This document shows, piece by piece, positions 61,191-64,000 of a stretch of 64,000 bases of DNA. This DNA is from Acidobacteriota bacterium. GTDB taxonomy: Bacteria > Acidobacteriota > UBA890 > WLXD01. Numbering within the stretch: position 1 is the first letter of the stretch; each line of letters begins with the position of its first letter. The notes below the pieces were generated by a model. The model was not told the DNA's origin. It saw only the letters and a list, made by a program, of their open reading frames with translations, and did not search any database. The stretch covers positions 32,001 through 96,000 of the forward strand of contig CAXWPH010000003.1 in assembly GCA_963666055.2 (NCBI GenBank). Reading direction: 5' to 3'. A program made the position numbers and the translations under genes.

Positions 61191-62189
61191 TCAATCGTCG
61201 GCGAACGCCGCGTCGAACGCCACATCCGAGGGTGTGAAGTCCTGGTCGCGGACCATCTGTAGCGCCTCCTGCGCACCCCACTCCCGGTCCATACCGATGT
61301 CCTCCCACTCGATCGACAGGGGACCGTTGTAGCCGATGCGGTTGAGCGCCCGTACGATTAGGTCCCACTCTACGTCGCCACGCCCAGGGGATACGAAATC
61401 CCAGCCCCGTCGAGGGTCACCGAAGTCCAGGTGTGACGCCAGGATGCTGTTGCGTCCGTCCAGCTGCACTCGCGCGTCCTTCACATGGACGTGGAAGATA
61501 CGGTCGGGAAACTCGTCGATAAAGGTCACCGGCTCGATGAACTGGTGAACCAGATGACTGGGATCGAAGTTGAACCCGAAGCTGGGGTGGTTGTCGATCG
61601 CATCCAGCGCCCGCCGTGCCGTGATGGTGTCGTAGGCGATCTCGGTGGGGTGCACTTCGAGCCCGTAACGCACCTCTTCTTCGGCGAATACAGCAAGGAT
61701 GGGCTGCCAACGCTCGGCAAAATCGTTGTACCCCGCATCGATATCGCCCTGGCTCGTGGGTGGGAAGAAGTAGAGCTTGGACCACACGCTACTGCCGGTG
61801 AATCCGTTGACTACGTCGACTCCGAATCGGCGCGCTGCCCGTGCGGTGTCGGCGATCTCCGCGGCGGCGCGCTGCCGGACCCCCTCGGGGTCGCCGTCTC
61901 CCCAGATCCGGAGCGGCAGGATCCCACGGTGCCGTTCGTCGATGGGATCACACACGCACTGGCCTACCAGGTGGGTGCTGATGGCCGAGCACGACAATCC
62001 GTGACGCTCGAGTAGCTCCCGCTTGGCATCGAGGTAGGAGTCGTCGCTGAGCGCCAGGTCGACCTCGAAGTGATCACCCCAGCAGGCCAGCTCGAGCCCA
62101 TCGAAGCCCCATTCTGCAGCCTTCGCAGCCAACGTCTCCAAAGGCAGGTCAGCCCACTGGCCGGTGAACAGGGTGATCGCTCGTGACAT
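61191..62189 (-). CDS. Sugar phosphate isomerase/epimerase (AP_endonuc_2)
   Basis: [31 protein letters not shown]. Confidence 0.92.
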   Translation of the reverse strand: MSRAITLFTGQWADLPLETLAAKAAEWGFDGLELACWGDHFEVDLALSDDSYLDAKRELLERHGLSCSAISTHLVGQCVCDPIDERHRGILPLRIWGDGDPEGVRQRAAAEIADTARAARRFGVDVVNGFTGSSVWSKLYFFPPTSQGDIDAGYNDFAERWQPILAVFAEEEVRYGLEVHPTEIAYDTITARRALDAIDNHPSFGFNFDPSHLVHQFIEPVTFIDEFPDRIFHVHVKDARVQLDGRNSILASHLDFGDPRRGWDFVSPGRGDVEWDLIVRALNRIGYNGPLSIEWEDIGMDREWGAQEALQMVRDQDFTPSDVAFDAAFADD

Positions 62190-62391
62190 CGAGAATCTCC
62201 TTTGTAGCGCCTCGGTTCCACGGCAATTTACGCGGGTGGACGTCGCGAAACAACGTGCGCTTTCGCTGATCCCAGGCCGCGGCTATATTCTGCGCTTGGG
62301 CTTCCGAAAGGAATTCGTTCGTAGCGTTCGGGGCGCTCGCCCGCGACCCCGCCAGCGCTGCCCATCCGGAGTTGGACGAGTCGTATCCACG

Positions 62392-63579
62392 ATGCATGAC
62401 GAGCAAGCCTACGAGCGCGAGCCGTACCTCACCGAGCTTCATGTCGAGGTTGTCTCGGCAGGCGACGAGGAGGGACGTCCGTTCGTGATTCTCGATGACA
62501 CGATTCTGTACCCGGAGGGTGGTGGCCAGCCTGCGGATCATGGCCTGGTCGACGAAGTGCCGGTAGTCGATGTGCAGCGGGTTGACCGCGACATTCGCCA
62601 CTATGTTGATCGCCCGATAGAGCCGGGGGCGGCGCGGCTGACCCTGGACTGGTCGCGCCGATTCGATCACATGCAGCAGCACACCGCACAACACCTGATC
62701 ACTGCGGTGGCCGAGGCGCAGCACGGCTGGGAGACGACTTCGTTTCATCTCGGCGAGCAGCGCTGCGATATCGAGCTCAACACACCGTTGCCGGATACGG
62801 TTTCGCTGGCTCGTGTGGAGGACGTCGTGATGGGAGTGGTGCGGTCGAACCGCCGTGTCAACGCGCGCCGTGTGTCGCCGGCTGAGGTTGGCGCGCTCGA
62901 GGTACGTACTCGCGGGTTGCCATCAGGGCATCACGGCAGTGTGCGCCTGGTTGAGATCGACGGCATCGATGTCTGCGCCTGCGGCGGCACGCACCTGTCG
63001 TCGACAGCCGAGATCGAAGCCGTCAAGCTACTGGGGGTCGAAGCGATGCGGGGAGGATGCCGGCTGCACTGGGTAGCCGGTGGCCGGGTGCGTGCGCGGC
63101 TGAGCGGGCACGAAGCCCGAGCCCGCCAGCTGCGCGCCCAGCTCGACGTCGCCGACGAAGATCTCGTCGACGCGGTGGTGGGCCGCCTGGAGCGACTCAA
63201 GACGGCGGAGAGGCGTGTGCACCGCCTGGAGAGGCAGCTGGCCCGACAGGTTGCGCGTCGGCTCGGTGGCGCCGATACGCCGGTCGTGGAGGCGCACTTC
63301 GACGATACGAATGCCGGGTTCCTGCAGCTCGTTGCGCGCCATCTTTCCGTCGATGCCGGCGCGCGCATCGCTTTTCTCACCGCTTCCGATGCCGGCGAGC
63401 ATTTCTTCTTGCTTGCCACCGGCGCCGATAGCTCAGTGCAGTTAGGCGAGCCTGGAGCGCAGGTCGCCGAGCTGCTCGACGGTCGAGGCGGGGGCTCCGG
63501 AACGCTCTTTCAGGGCAAGGCCGGCAGCTTGAGCCGCCGCTGCGAGGCGGTGGCGCTGCTCGAGAGGCTCAGCGACTGA
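62392..63579 (+). CDS. AlaX-type alanyl-tRNA editing protein
   Basis: YPEGGGQPAD, MQQHTAQH (HxxxH), CGGTH, C-terminal GRGGG. Confidence 0.92.
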   Translation: MHDEQAYEREPYLTELHVEVVSAGDEEGRPFVILDDTILYPEGGGQPADHGLVDEVPVVDVQRVDRDIRHYVDRPIEPGAARLTLDWSRRFDHMQQHTAQHLITAVAEAQHGWETTSFHLGEQRCDIELNTPLPDTVSLARVEDVVMGVVRSNRRVNARRVSPAEVGALEVRTRGLPSGHHGSVRLVEIDGIDVCACGGTHLSSTAEIEAVKLLGVEAMRGGCRLHWVAGGRVRARLSGHEARARQLRAQLDVADEDLVDAVVGRLERLKTAERRVHRLERQLARQVARRLGGADTPVVEAHFDDTNAGFLQLVARHLSVDAGARIAFLTASDAGEHFFLLATGADSSVQLGEPGAQVAELLDGRGGGSGTLFQGKAGSLSRRCEAVALLERLSD

Positions 63580-63654
63580 ATATCGTCGCTACGCGGCCGC
63601 GCGGCCGCGCGCCTATCGATGCTGTCGTTTCGAGATCTCTGGGCGGTGGTGTCC

Positions 63655-64000
63655 TCAGCCCGCCGTCGCCTCCGAGGTGTCGCCGACGCTGGCGCGAGTC
63701 CAGTCCCCGTTGACGTGACGCCAGGCGCCTTCTGGGTTGGCGTCGCGGAGCAGGCTCGGTAGACGGTGCTGACGAACGTTGTCGTAACACTCCAGCATCG
63801 CGAAACGAGCCAGCGAAGTCGGAATCCCGACCGCAGTGAAGCCCGGATGACCGGTAGCCGGGTAGGGGCCACCGTGGTTCATGGCCGCCGTGACAGCTAC
63901 ACCGGTCGGCATCTTGTCGTTCAGTAGCCGCCCGACGCGCCGGCGCAACGGCTTGGCGATGCGCTCGTAGAGGGCGTCGTCGTCGTTGCCGGTGTGGGAG
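63655..64000 (-). CDS. Aldehyde dehydrogenase C-terminus (2-ketoglutarate semialdehyde dehydrogenase type); starts outside the window
   Basis: GRLLNDKMPTGVAV, MNHGGPYPATG, FTAVG. Confidence 0.85.
   Translation of the reverse strand, partial: SHTGNDDDALYERIAKPLRRRVGRLLNDKMPTGVAVTAAMNHGGPYPATGHPGFTAVGIPTSLARFAMLECYDNVRQHRLPSLLRDANPEGAWRHVNGDWTRASVGDTSEATAG

Overview
GC-rich bacterial DNA, most likely Acidobacteriota: it carries a DUF1592/DUF1552/ankyrin module, BNR/VPS10 and PQQ propellers, ADOP-type permease tails and a Thermoanaerobaculia-type repeat domain. The window is a patchwork of unrelated small operons: divergent Ku/LigD (NHEJ), a TVP38 + flavin disulfide reductase pair, a GGDEF-EAL gene, hydroxyproline epimerase/dehydrogenase, an SBP56 (methanethiol-oxidase family) pair, 1-Cys peroxiredoxin, minor pilins, a reductive-dehalogenase-like gene with DUF1326/DUF2182, a selenocysteine formate dehydrogenase operon (fdnGHI-fdhE), xylose genes and two tRNA-editing proteins. 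The main unannotated signal is a dispersed repeat family. One complete 271-bp non-autonomous element (16550-16820) has 30-bp terminal inverted repeats, CTAG on both sides and two inverted structured RNA-like modules inside. About nine solo or eroded ends of it (consensus CTAGCAGGCCGTGGTGGAAGTGTG) are scattered through the window, most starting exactly at the TAG stop codon of a gene and often forming the whole intergenic spacer. Gene fragments and two in-frame stops suggest ongoing erosion or rearrangement. Four single-base frameshifts sit in homopolymers and are probably sequencing errors. All family assignments come from motif recognition, not database searches.
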